A stretch of DNA of 64,000 nt from Candidatus Woesearchaeota archaeon (GTDB taxonomy: Archaea; Nanobdellota; Nanobdellia; Pacearchaeales; JAHJTO01). Positions 1 through 8,782 of this stretch are shown one piece after another; the stretch's first letter is position 1, and every line of letters begins with the position of its first letter. The stretch is from positions 9,186 to 73,185 of the forward strand of contig CAZIKY010000003.1 of the NCBI GenBank assembly GCA_964540065.1, read 5' to 3'. The notes under the pieces were generated by a model. It worked only from the letters and a program-made list of their open reading frames with translations. It had not been told where the DNA came from and made no database searches. Made by a program: the position numbers and the translations under genes.

Positions 1-669
1 TTTGTAAAAAAGATAAAAGACGAGCTGATGAAATCGCAAAAGCTTACTTGTTCTATTGGTGTCGGCCCGAACAAGATGGTTGCAAAAATTGCTGCAAACG
101 AGAAAAAACCCGATGGCCTGACAGTTGTAAAACCTGGAGATGTCCAAAAGTTCTTATCTAAGATGAGTGTGAGAAAACTTCCAGGAATCGGGCCGAAAAG
201 TGAAGAGGCATTGAATTCAATCGGTGTCAAAACTGTAAAAGATCTTGCATCAGTTTCTGTGTCTAAACTTGAAGAGTCATTCGGGAAGAAATCTGCTTCC
301 TGGATGCATTCCGCTGCCCAAGGAATAGATGAAAGCCCCGTAGAGCAAAGCTATGAGGCTAAAAGCGTCGGAAGACAGTACACTTTCCAGAAGGATACTG
401 ACAGTGAAAAGTTAATCTTCAAAATCATGGCCGAGTTGGTTAACGATTCATTAAACAACTTAAGAGAAGAGGGATTCAAAACATATCAAGCCGTGACAAT
501 TAGAGTAAGATATCCTGATTTTGAAACACATACCTCGGCAAAAACCCTTAAAGAGCCACATAGTGATAAAGGCACCGCATTAACCCTTGCCATCGATCTC
601 TTAAGACCTTGGCTCGAGGGGAAAAAGAAAATAAGGCTTGTCGGAATAAGTCTCTCAAAACTTAAGTGA
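1..669 (+). CDS. dinB: DNA polymerase IV (Y-family, DinB/Dpo4), 5'-truncated by window edge
   Basis: Frame open from base 1; SIGVGPNKMVAKIA..KPDG, HhH LPGIGPK and little-finger domain (KSVGRQYTF...VTIRVRYPDFETHT...IRLVGISLS). Confidence 0.93.
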   Translation, partial: FVKKIKDELMKSQKLTCSIGVGPNKMVAKIAANEKKPDGLTVVKPGDVQKFLSKMSVRKLPGIGPKSEEALNSIGVKTVKDLASVSVSKLEESFGKKSASWMHSAAQGIDESPVEQSYEAKSVGRQYTFQKDTDSEKLIFKIMAELVNDSLNNLREEGFKTYQAVTIRVRYPDFETHTSAKTLKEPHSDKGTALTLAIDLLRPWLEGKKKIRLVGISLSKLK

Positions 670-1846
670 TTATCTCAATCCCATCCCGATGCTTTAGCTT
701 GTGGTCTTTTCCAACGACCATTTTTGTTCGAGCATCAATCGCACGGATGAAATTCTTTCCAAGATCAGTGTGAAGTTGATATGCAAAGTCAAGAGCGGTG
801 CTTCCCCCAGGAACCAAGAAGCAGTCCGGAAGGATATTTCCCTTGCTGTCTGCAAGCTTTGAACCCGCAGGGAAAACTGCAATATACTTCAGCTTGTCGA
901 ACACAAGTTTATTCAAGGCGTCCTGAACGCCGGTCGAGCCATAAACTTCCAAAATATTTTTTTTGATGAAATCCAGGCCTATCTTTTGCTTTTCCTCCAA
1001 GGCTTCCGGCTTCTTTATCTCGAAGTGATCCTCTCCAGAAACATAGCTTATTACTTCCTTCTTGTTCAGGGTCCTAAGAAGAGATTCAGCTTCTGCTGAG
1101 CAGGGAATTATCAAATATTCTGGGAAAGCTTCTCTTAGCTTTTTCAGATTACTTGCTGCTTTCGGAGTGTCGCATTTATTGGCGGCAATTGCCATTGGCT
1201 TGCTTATCCTCCTCAAGATTTTTACAAAATTAAGCAGATCATTGCTTGTCCAGTCCACAGCTTTATCTACATTCAAACCAGACTTGGATATTGCAGCCTT
1301 TACTTGCTCAGAATTTATCTTAAGCCCAGAAAATTGCTTTACTATGGCATCTGCAAGCGGAAGCTTATCAGACTGGGCCTTCCTAATAAATCCTTTCCAG
1401 ACTTTTTCCATCATCCCAAGCATCCAAAGATCCAGCTCGTTCTCGAGCCAGACTATATCTTTTGCAACATCATAATCCTCAACAGGCTCCCCTTTTTCGT
1501 TTGTCCTTCCAGAGAGATCAACAATCTGGATGAAGGCGTCTGCCTGCCTCAGATCATCAAGGAACTGATTCCCAAGGCCTTTCCCTTCATGAGCTCCAGG
1601 CACAAGCCCTGCAACATCAAGAAGCTCGACCGGAACGAACCGAACATGGTTTATGCAGAATCCAGTCCGAGGGTTGCATTGCACCTTGAATTCTTTATCG
1701 ATGCAGTCTACTTTAACATACCCTACACCATGGTTGGGCTTTATGGTTGTAAAAGGATAAGCTGCAGTAGCGACCTCGGCGAGAGTCGCAGCTTTGAAGA
1801 ACGTTGATTTCCCAGATGAGGGCTTGCCGACCAATCCGATTAACAT
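662..1846 (-). CDS. ychF: Obg-family YchF/Ola1 ATPase/GTPase, archaeal type, with C-terminal TGS domain
   Basis: GLVGKPSSGKST, YPFTTIKPN, DVAGLVPGAHEGKGLGNQFLDDLR, NKCD, TGS (GSTALDFAYQLHTDL). Confidence 0.95.
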   Translation of the reverse strand: MLIGLVGKPSSGKSTFFKAATLAEVATAAYPFTTIKPNHGVGYVKVDCIDKEFKVQCNPRTGFCINHVRFVPVELLDVAGLVPGAHEGKGLGNQFLDDLRQADAFIQIVDLSGRTNEKGEPVEDYDVAKDIVWLENELDLWMLGMMEKVWKGFIRKAQSDKLPLADAIVKQFSGLKINSEQVKAAISKSGLNVDKAVDWTSNDLLNFVKILRRISKPMAIAANKCDTPKAASNLKKLREAFPEYLIIPCSAEAESLLRTLNKKEVISYVSGEDHFEIKKPEALEEKQKIGLDFIKKNILEVYGSTGVQDALNKLVFDKLKYIAVFPAGSKLADSKGNILPDCFLVPGGSTALDFAYQLHTDLGKNFIRAIDARTKMVVGKDHKLKHRDGIEIIT

Positions 1847-1943
1847 ACTTTTGCTAAAATAAATCAGTATTAAAGCCTATCGAAACCGAAAATTAAACTA
1901 AACCCTCAACTTTTTAAATCATCAAACTCTCCTAAATTCGGAT

Positions 1944-2081
1944 GGGCCTGTAGCTCAGCCTGGTTAGAGCACTGGTCTTATATGACACTGATTCGTTAGG
2001 ATTAGTCTTCCCTTAGGAAGTCCGGATTCATTCCGGATCTAAGAGAGCCAGTGGTCCGCAGTTCAAATCTGCGCAGGCCCA
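1944..2081 (+). tRNA. tRNA-Ile(UAU) with canonical 37/38 intron
   Basis: Acceptor GGGCCTG/CAGGCCC, D-stem GCTC/GAGC, anticodon stem CTGGT/GCCAG, anticodon TAT at 1979-1981, T-arm CGCAG-TTCAAAT-CTGCG; CCA not encoded. Confidence 0.92.
1983..2045 (+). other. 63-nt tRNA intron bounded by a bulge-helix-bulge motif
   Basis: 4-bp helix CTTA(1977-1980)/TAAG(2040-2043) flanked by 3-nt bulges TA^T and AG^A; intron-side pairs GA/TC. Confidence 0.9.
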
Positions 2082-2121
2082 TTTCAAAATTTCAGAAAAA
2101 GTCAGGTAAAAAAGAGTCAAG

Positions 2122-3249
2122 ATGAATATGAAATCTAAATTACAACAGTTGGATGTTTCCTCATTTAACAAATATGAGAAGAAGTTCTTTGAAGTTATCA
2201 GGAGTATAAGCAAGAAGGACAAGATTGCGATATTTCATGACGTTGATGGAGACGGAATAAGCGCTGCGGCAATAACTACTATTGCCCTTAAAAGGCTAGG
2301 ATTCAAAGTATTCCTGAACATAGGTGTTGGAAGGGAAGAGATTGTTCCTTCAGAAAACACCATAAGAGAATTAAAGAACAATAAGATTGATCTGCTTATA
2401 ACTCTCGACAAACCAACAGATAAAAGCCCGGAGGTTATAAAAGAGATTGCAAAATTCTCAAAGGTTTTGGTTATAGACCACCACAGCAAAGAAAGCATTT
2501 TGGATCTAGATGAGAATAGAGTCTTGATCTTTAAACCACAATTCTTCTCAAATCATCCTCCCGAGTATTATGCCACAGCTAAGATAGCTTTTGATTACTT
2601 CTCGAAAATTGTTGACCTTAAGGATGTTGACTGGATAGCCTGCGCTGGAACCATGTCTGACGCAGGAGAAAACTACTGGAAGGATTTTGTAAGATTTATC
2701 CAAGAAAAGTACAGTTTCTTCGGGGAGAACCCTTGGAAGACGGATCTCCCAAAAATAATAAGCTATATCGATCAGCCTGAATGCTATAAAACAGGATACT
2801 ATAAGAAATCTTTGAATGCTTTGATCAAGGCAAAGGGCCCCAATGATTTCCTAAAATCTGATCTCAAGAAATATTACGAGGCTGTAAGCGGAGAAATAAA
2901 GGAGCTTGCAGAAGAATCCAAAACCAAGGCAAAAGTTACGGAGGACTTAGTTTTCTATATAATCAAACCAAAATACAAAATAAAATCAATTCTTTCAACG
3001 ATCTTGAGCATATACTATTATCCCGACAAGACCGTAGTCTTGCTTATAGATGACGGAACAGACACTTTGCCGATAAGTTTCCGAAGGAATGACATGAAGA
3101 AGGACATGGTTCGGCTTGCAAAAGAAAGCCTCAAAGGATTAATCGACAGAGTTCCCGGAGGCCATTTCCCTGCCGCCGGAGGATTCGTCTGGAGAAGCAA
3201 GCTGGAAGAATTCAAAAAAAGAGTCATTGAAGTTAACAGCAAACTCTAA
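2122..3249 (+). CDS. DHH/DHHA1 family phosphoesterase (RecJ-like)
   Basis: HDVDGDG, ITLD, VIDHH, C-terminal GGHFPAAG. Confidence 0.88.
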   Translation: MNMKSKLQQLDVSSFNKYEKKFFEVIRSISKKDKIAIFHDVDGDGISAAAITTIALKRLGFKVFLNIGVGREEIVPSENTIRELKNNKIDLLITLDKPTDKSPEVIKEIAKFSKVLVIDHHSKESILDLDENRVLIFKPQFFSNHPPEYYATAKIAFDYFSKIVDLKDVDWIACAGTMSDAGENYWKDFVRFIQEKYSFFGENPWKTDLPKIISYIDQPECYKTGYYKKSLNALIKAKGPNDFLKSDLKKYYEAVSGEIKELAEESKTKAKVTEDLVFYIIKPKYKIKSILSTILSIYYYPDKTVVLLIDDGTDTLPISFRRNDMKKDMVRLAKESLKGLIDRVPGGHFPAAGGFVWRSKLEEFKKRVIEVNSKL

Positions 3250-3298
3250 AATAGGGCCTCAGAAAAGCTTATAAAACAACTTTCTCTAAATCAATCGT

Positions 3299-3371
3299 GC
3301 CCCCATAATACAGTGGCCCAGTATGCGGGACTTTCAATCCCGTCACCCGGGTTCGAATCCCGGTGGGGGCG
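3299..3371 (+). tRNA. tRNA-Glu(UUC)
   Basis: Acceptor GCCCCCA/TGGGGGC, D-stem ATAC/GTAT, anticodon stem CGGGA/TCCCG with TTC at 3333-3335, T-arm CCGGG-TTCGAAT-CCCGG. Confidence 0.96.
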
Positions 3372-3426
3372 TTCTATTCTTTATCAAAAACCATAAGGCT
3401 ATAAACTGGGGAAATGAGATATTCCT

Positions 3427-3466
3427 GGAGCCATGCGGACATGTACTATAACTTACGTATGGCTCC
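3427..3466. repeat. 11-bp inverted repeat (stem-loop) between convergent tRNA-Glu and Lrp genes
   Basis: GGAGCCATGCG (3427-3437) pairs with CGTATGGCTCC (3456-3466), one G-T, 18-nt loop. Confidence 0.7.
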
Positions 3467-3498
3467 GACTCCAAACAATAAATTAATTTAGGAGGATT

Positions 3499-4536
3499 CT
3501 ACTTTCCATGCCTCATGGCTTCAGTCATGAAGGAATATTTATGGTCATGATAAGCATAAAGGATCTCATAACTGTGAATGTAATCGCCAAATGAATCCTT
3601 GATATTGTTCACAAAGTTGTGGATCTCTTCCTGGTGCTCTGTCAGAACATAAACAAGATAATCCCATGTTCCAAAAAGCCTTGTTGCCCATAAAATGGAA
3701 TTTTGCTTTTTCAGAAAATCATCAAACTTATGGGCATCTTCACGGCCCTTGCTCGTCGTCTTGATTAAAACTGCCTGAAGCTTCAAATTCAGAGTATAGA
3801 AGTTTATAACTGGCCTGAACTCAGCAATATAACCCCCCAAGATAAGCTTCTTTATCCTGTATGAAACCGCATCTTTAGTTAAGCCCACTTTCTTACCCAT
3901 GTCTAAGAGAGAAGAATCTGCATTTTGAGATAGTTGATATAATATCTCCAAATCCTTTGAATCTGCCTTGTAATCCTTTTTCTCCATCCCGAAAAACCTG
4001 GAAAAAGAAGGGTCATTCTTTACATTTCTAATTGCAGGAGCCTTTCCTATCAGATTGGGAGGCAGAACATTGGCCTTTACGGTGTCAAGGATTATACAGG
4101 GAGAATAATCAATGACATTAAGATCCTTCACTAAATCTTTGAACTCTTTGTTTGCAATATGCGGAGATTTAGCCATTATAGAAACTTCAAAGGTCCATTT
4201 TCCGCTGTAAGTTATCAGAGTATTCACATAAGGGCTTTTCATGGATCTCTCAATAAGCTCCTTTTCAGATTGTCTATCCTGGAGGTTGAGGAAGAAATGA
4301 TAGGAAGCATATCCAAGTTTAGAGATATTAACCATAGTCCTTGATCCAACAAGAAGTTTTTCCCTTTCCATCACTTTTATCCTATATTCTACAGATTGCC
4401 TTGAAAGAAGTACAAGCTTGGCTATCTTTGACAAAGGGATTCTTACGTTCTTACACAGGATAGCAAGAATTTTCTTGTCATTTTTGTGCAAAAATGTGGA
4501 CTTTTTTCCACTTTCTTCTATATCTAAAACTCTCAT
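3499..4536 (-). CDS. Lrp/AsnC family transcriptional regulator with two tandem wHTH-RAM units
   Basis: Two HTH segments (DKKILAIL..RIPLSKIAK..SRQSVEYRIK; DLEILYQL..SLLDMGK..TKDAVSYRIKKL), each followed by a RAM-like domain (GKWTF; GTWDY). Confidence 0.88.
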   Translation of the reverse strand: MRVLDIEESGKKSTFLHKNDKKILAILCKNVRIPLSKIAKLVLLSRQSVEYRIKVMEREKLLVGSRTMVNISKLGYASYHFFLNLQDRQSEKELIERSMKSPYVNTLITYSGKWTFEVSIMAKSPHIANKEFKDLVKDLNVIDYSPCIILDTVKANVLPPNLIGKAPAIRNVKNDPSFSRFFGMEKKDYKADSKDLEILYQLSQNADSSLLDMGKKVGLTKDAVSYRIKKLILGGYIAEFRPVINFYTLNLKLQAVLIKTTSKGREDAHKFDDFLKKQNSILWATRLFGTWDYLVYVLTEHQEEIHNFVNNIKDSFGDYIHSYEILYAYHDHKYSFMTEAMRHGK

Positions 4537-4616
4537 TTAGTAAATTAGCTAAATATATTTAAATATTTTTGCCTTTTAACTAAGAAATCTTTCCGGCATT
4601 TTATATATCCTGTATG

Positions 4617-4632
4617 CCTAGTAGTTACTAGG
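4617..4632. promoter_or_regulatory. Inverted repeat CCTAGTA-GT-TACTAGG overlapping the SD of the divergent operon; candidate operator
   Basis: 7-bp arms with 2-nt spacer, downstream of TTTATATA and overlapping GGAGG. Confidence 0.45.
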
Positions 4633-4644
4633 AGGAAAAATAAA

Positions 4645-4848
4645 ATGAAAACAGAAAACAGTTTGGAATTGAAAGTAAACGGCAGTGAGCTGCCGCTTAG
4701 ATTCAGATCTACAATGGAAGTGATCGGCCCGAATTGCGCTAGGGAATTATCCACGGGCAATCTCTACACATTTGATGGAGAAAAGTTTTCTCCTATCCCA
4801 AAGATGGAGAAAACAGGATATGCGTCCTATGCATGGAGGATAGAATGA
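4645..4848 (+). CDS. Hypothetical 67-aa protein translationally coupled to the MBL hydrolase
   Basis: GGAGG SD upstream; stop overlaps next start (ATGA at 4845-4848). Confidence 0.6.
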   Translation: MKTENSLELKVNGSELPLRFRSTMEVIGPNCARELSTGNLYTFDGEKFSPIPKMEKTGYASYAWRIE

Positions 4849-5792
4849 AAATTGGAATTTCAGGATGCAGGGGCTCATTGCCTTCATCTTCTGGAGTGCA
4901 GCTTGATGGAAACGAGTTTCACACAGAGCTTTATGGCGGAAACACTACCTGCTACTATTTGGAAAGCCTTACAGGAAAGAAAATGGTAGTCGATGCAGGA
5001 ACAGGCATAGCTCCGCTCGGAAGACAGTTTATGGCAAAAGAATTTGGAAAAGGAAAGGGAGAAGTAAGTTTGTATATAACCCATACTCATTGGGATCATA
5101 TACAGGGATTTCCTTTCTTCGTCCCGGCTTACGTAGAAGGAAATAAGGTAAAAATCTACGGAGAAGCGAAAGTCAGTTCAGAGCTGGCTAAAGCAGTAAA
5201 AGATACAGATCCGAGCCAAGTCCAAAAGGTATTCCAGATAAATGGTGTCGGAATAAAAGATGTTTTTGCAGACCAGCAAAAATTCAGAAACTTTCCTGCA
5301 CCTTTGGAATATATGAAGGGCCTTGGAGATTTCTATGACTTCATCCCAGGAGCAGTTCTAGAAGATAAGGAAGGATTAAGGATAGAAACAAGAAGCGTAA
5401 ACCATCCCGGAGGATGTGTCTCTTACAAATTTACGGAAAACCACATCGTTCCAAAAAGAAGCGTGATAATCCAGACAGACTTCGAACCAGATGGGGGAAG
5501 TCATGACGAAGAAGTGGTCGATTGGTGGAAGGGAGCAGACTTAGTTATTTGCGATGCGCAGTATGAAACCGGATCTAAGCAAAACCCTTTCATGAAAGGA
5601 TGGGGCCACTCTGACCCATTCTTGAATGTGGAATTCGCCAGAAGGGCAGGCGTTAAAAGGCTTGTAATGACACACTATGATCCCAAATCGGATGATAAAT
5701 ACCTGTCAAATCTGGAAGAAAGAGTAAAGAAACTTACTGAAGGCAAGATTGAAGTGGAATTTGCCAAGGAAGGAAGAATCTTTTACCTTTAA
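4845..5792 (+). CDS. MBL-fold metallo-hydrolase (phosphodiesterase/RNase BN-like, bacterial type)
   Basis: GCRGSLP, YGGNTTC, DAGTG, THTHWDHIQGFPFF, HPGG, DAQY, WGHS, THYDP; start moved to ATG 4845 (SD GGAGG at 4835). Confidence 0.88.
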   Translation: MKIGISGCRGSLPSSSGVQLDGNEFHTELYGGNTTCYYLESLTGKKMVVDAGTGIAPLGRQFMAKEFGKGKGEVSLYITHTHWDHIQGFPFFVPAYVEGNKVKIYGEAKVSSELAKAVKDTDPSQVQKVFQINGVGIKDVFADQQKFRNFPAPLEYMKGLGDFYDFIPGAVLEDKEGLRIETRSVNHPGGCVSYKFTENHIVPKRSVIIQTDFEPDGGSHDEEVVDWWKGADLVICDAQYETGSKQNPFMKGWGHSDPFLNVEFARRAGVKRLVMTHYDPKSDDKYLSNLEERVKKLTEGKIEVEFAKEGRIFYL

Positions 5793-5800
5793 CGAAGATT

Positions 5801-6508
5801 TTAGGCGCTTCCCGTGCATAATTCCCCTCCATCTACCTGTAAAAGGGCTCCATTAATGTAGCTCGCTTCATCAGAGGCCAAAAAGGCAGCTGTGGCGGCT
5901 ATTTCTTCTGGTTTTCCTATGCGGCCCATAGGATTGCTCTTGCCATATTCTTCCCTAGCTTCTTTTCTGGACCCTACTGTGCTGCTAAGCATGTTTGTGT
6001 CTATTGGACCAGGCATTATGGCATTGACCCTTACCCCTAAAGGAGCATTTTCCTGTGCAAGAATTTTTGTGAGCATGTTTATTCCAGCCTTAGAGATACA
6101 ATATGCAGCTGCATCTTTAGCAGGAACCACACTTATAATTGAAGAAATATTGATGATATTCCCTTTGCTCTTTTTGATAAGTGGAACAGCATGTTTGGAC
6201 ATTAAATAGGCCCCGCGAAGGTTAACATTTATCGTTTTGTCAAATTTCTCTGTTGATCCGCCGATAGGTTCCATGAACAGAATACCTGCGTTATTAACCA
6301 AGATATCAAGCTTCTTTATCTTTCCAATGGCTTTCTTAATTTCCTCTTCTTTAGAAACATCGACTTTATGAAATTCGACTTTGTAATCCGGTTTATTTCT
6401 TCCAAAAACAATTACCTGGGCGCCTTCTTTGATGAACCTCTGAGCTATTGCTCTCCCAATACCGCTAGAAGCTCCAGTGATTAAAGCCACCTTATTTTTT
6501 AATAGCAT
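5801..6508 (-). CDS. SDR family NAD(P)-dependent oxidoreductase
   Basis: TGASSGIG, NNAG, YCISK, PGPIDT; start taken at MLLKNK. Confidence 0.93.
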   Translation of the reverse strand: MLLKNKVALITGASSGIGRAIAQRFIKEGAQVIVFGRNKPDYKVEFHKVDVSKEEEIKKAIGKIKKLDILVNNAGILFMEPIGGSTEKFDKTINVNLRGAYLMSKHAVPLIKKSKGNIINISSIISVVPAKDAAAYCISKAGINMLTKILAQENAPLGVRVNAIMPGPIDTNMLSSTVGSRKEAREEYGKSNPMGRIGKPEEIAATAAFLASDEASYINGALLQVDGGELCTGSA

Positions 6509-6547
6509 AACATACTCAAGCAATCTTAGCTTATAAATTAATTGCTG

Positions 6548-6766
6548 CTAATCATTCTCAGTCTTGTACTTGGCTAAACGCGAGAGGGGAACATATGCGG
6601 AGCATAATGGATCCGGGGTTCTGCATTCACTGCAGACGTAAGCGGCTGATCCTTCTTTCAGATTAATCGCCATTTCTTTCCCCGTAGTGCTCTCATCTTT
6701 CTTAAGAAAATATTGCCAAATACACCGATCATCTGTCCCTAGAACTTTCTCATCAATGCCTGCCAT
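6548..6766 (-). CDS. Small hypothetical Cys-containing protein (possible Zn-binding)
   Basis: ORF fills gap; Cys residues in RCIW, CSEC and LCSAY; start taken at MAGIDEK. Confidence 0.5.
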   Translation of the reverse strand: MAGIDEKVLGTDDRCIWQYFLKKDESTTGKEMAINLKEGSAAYVCSECRTPDPLCSAYVPLSRLAKYKTEND

Positions 6767-6899
6767 TTTAATTAGGATCTGTTCTGGAAGAAATGATAAA
6801 ACCAATACAATTTAGATTAGCTTCACAAGTTTATATTATTTTGCATGAAATTAAATTCTCCTGTGAAAAATCTTTAAAGGACATTTCACAGTTTAAATC

Positions 6900-7457
6900 A
6901 TGGAAAAAAGACTAGAATCAGTTCTGAAAAGGATTGAGAAATTTGATGAAGAAGTCCCAACTGCCAGAATCTCAAGATCTAATGGGGAATTCCTTAGGTT
7001 CTTGGTCTTAGCGACAAAGTCAAAGAAAGTCCTTGAACTCGGATCTTCAGTAGGCTATTCAACAATATGGCTTGCAAGTGCCTTGAAAGAGACAAAAGGG
7101 CACATTTACACTGTAGAAACTTCTCAAGATCGTGCTGAACTCGCAAAAATAAATTTTCAGGATTCTGGGCTGGGTAAAAACATTATTTTAATTGAGAAAG
7201 ATGCCTTAGAAGTCATGTCAAGCTGGAAAAACGGGAAGCTGGACATTGTTTTTATAGATGCGATGAAGCGGGATTACCTGAAGTATTACCTCGCAGCCAT
7301 GCCTTTGCTTAAGAAAGGCGGAATTATAATTGCAGATGATGTGATTAAACTAAAAGATAAAATGAAGGATTTTCTGAGTTATGTCAATAACGACAAATCA
7401 GTTTATGCTTTAACTCTCGACTTAGATGATGGAATAATGCTTATATACAAGAAATAA
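6900..7457 (+). CDS. Class I SAM-dependent O-methyltransferase (YrrM/TrmR / Methyltransf_3-like)
   Basis: VLELGSSVGYSTIW, DIVFIDAMK..Y, GGIIIADDV. Confidence 0.85.
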   Translation: MEKRLESVLKRIEKFDEEVPTARISRSNGEFLRFLVLATKSKKVLELGSSVGYSTIWLASALKETKGHIYTVETSQDRAELAKINFQDSGLGKNIILIEKDALEVMSSWKNGKLDIVFIDAMKRDYLKYYLAAMPLLKKGGIIIADDVIKLKDKMKDFLSYVNNDKSVYALTLDLDDGIMLIYKK

Positions 7458-7491
7458 TCAGATTTTTAAACAAGCCGTAAATTCTATAGCC

Positions 7492-8373
7492 ATGGATTAC
7501 AAGACAATAACCTTCTACCGATACGTCAAACTCGATCGCCCGGAAGAGCTTAGAGGGTATTTCAGGGGATTATGCGAATCCCTTGATTTGCTTGGGAGAA
7601 TACTTGTGAGCAAAGAAGGAATTAATGCCGGAGTTTCCGGCCCAAAGGCAGGAATCGAGAGATTCAAGCAAGTCATAGATAAAAAAAGAGAATTCACTAA
7701 AATGACTTACAGGGAACAGGAAGTCCCGCAAAATTCATATCACAAGCTTGTTGTAAGAGTAAGGGATGAAATTGTAGCCCTTGGAAAAGAAATTGATCTT
7801 TCCAAGAAAGGCCAGCATTTATCCCCAAAAAGATTCAAGAGATGGCTTGACCGCAAGGAAGATGTGATAATTTTAGATGCAAGGAATGATTACGAGGCTA
7901 AAATCGGAAAGTTTGAAGGGGCAGTTGTTCTTCCGATTAAAACTTTCAAAGAGTTTCCTAGAGAAGCTGAAAAAGCTTTGAAAGGCAAGGAAGACAAGAA
8001 AATTGTAATGTACTGCACTGGGGGGATAAGATGTGAGAAATCTTCTGCATACTTAAGACAGAAAGGATTCAAAAAGGTTCTTCAGCTTGAAGGAGGGATA
8101 ATAAACTATGCAAATCAATTCCCAAACGACCATTACAAAGGAAAATGCTTCGTCTTTGATGATAGGCTAAGCGGAGAAGTAAACTCCAGCAGGATTTTGA
8201 GCAAGTGTGAGATCTGCGAAGCCGATTCTGATGCCTACATCAACTGTCATAACTTGGAATGTGACCGGCTCATAGTTTCATGCCCCGACTGCCAGGACAA
8301 AATGAATAAGACTTGCTCTGAAAAATGCAGGAACGCTCCAAGGCAAAGGCCTCTGCTCTTGATTTCTAATTGA
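7492..8373 (+). CDS. trhO: TrhO/YceA-like rhodanese-domain tRNA U34 hydroxylase
   Basis: GRILVSKEGIN, LVVRVRDEIV, LDARNDYE..IGKF, MYCTGGIRCEK, QLEGGIINY, GKCFVFDDR, C-terminal Cys cluster. Confidence 0.9.
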   Translation: MDYKTITFYRYVKLDRPEELRGYFRGLCESLDLLGRILVSKEGINAGVSGPKAGIERFKQVIDKKREFTKMTYREQEVPQNSYHKLVVRVRDEIVALGKEIDLSKKGQHLSPKRFKRWLDRKEDVIILDARNDYEAKIGKFEGAVVLPIKTFKEFPREAEKALKGKEDKKIVMYCTGGIRCEKSSAYLRQKGFKKVLQLEGGIINYANQFPNDHYKGKCFVFDDRLSGEVNSSRILSKCEICEADSDAYINCHNLECDRLIVSCPDCQDKMNKTCSEKCRNAPRQRPLLLISN

Positions 8374-8414
8374 CTCACCAGAGGAATTAAAAATCTCCCT
8401 GCACATAAGATCAC

Positions 8415-8750
8415 ATGCCCAATATAGTGATACACCTCGCCGCAGACATAATCCTCGCAGTTTTAATTCTGCAGTTTTTAGAAAAAACAAAAAGTGAAAA
8501 GAGATTTCTTGCAGTCACAGGGATTTTATTTGCGTCAAACCTCATAGATTTAGACCATTTAATCGCAAACCCTATTTATGACGCGGCAAGATGCAGCATA
8601 AACTTCCACCCCTTGCATTCCTTTTTTATGTTCCCGATATATCTTGCAGGGCTTTATTTCCCCAAGACAAGAATCCTGAGCCTAGGAATAATCCTTCATC
8701 TAACATTGGATGCCATTAACTGTCTGATTATTGGAAAGGCAATTTTCTAA
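8415..8750 (+). CDS. DUF6122-like small membrane protein
   Basis: LIDLDHLIANPIYDAARCSINFHPLH motif with hydrophobic helices. Confidence 0.7.
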   Translation: MPNIVIHLAADIILAVLILQFLEKTKSEKRFLAVTGILFASNLIDLDHLIANPIYDAARCSINFHPLHSFFMFPIYLAGLYFPKTRILSLGIILHLTLDAINCLIIGKAIF

Positions 8751-8782
8751 GCATTTTTAAACTCCTTAGCCTTTTATCCTAA

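Noticed and set aside
1983-2045. Box C/D guide RNA inside the tRNA intron, as in tRNA-Trp
   Set aside because: A CTGA is present at 1988-1991 but no RUGAUGA box C, and the CTGA is buried in a stem
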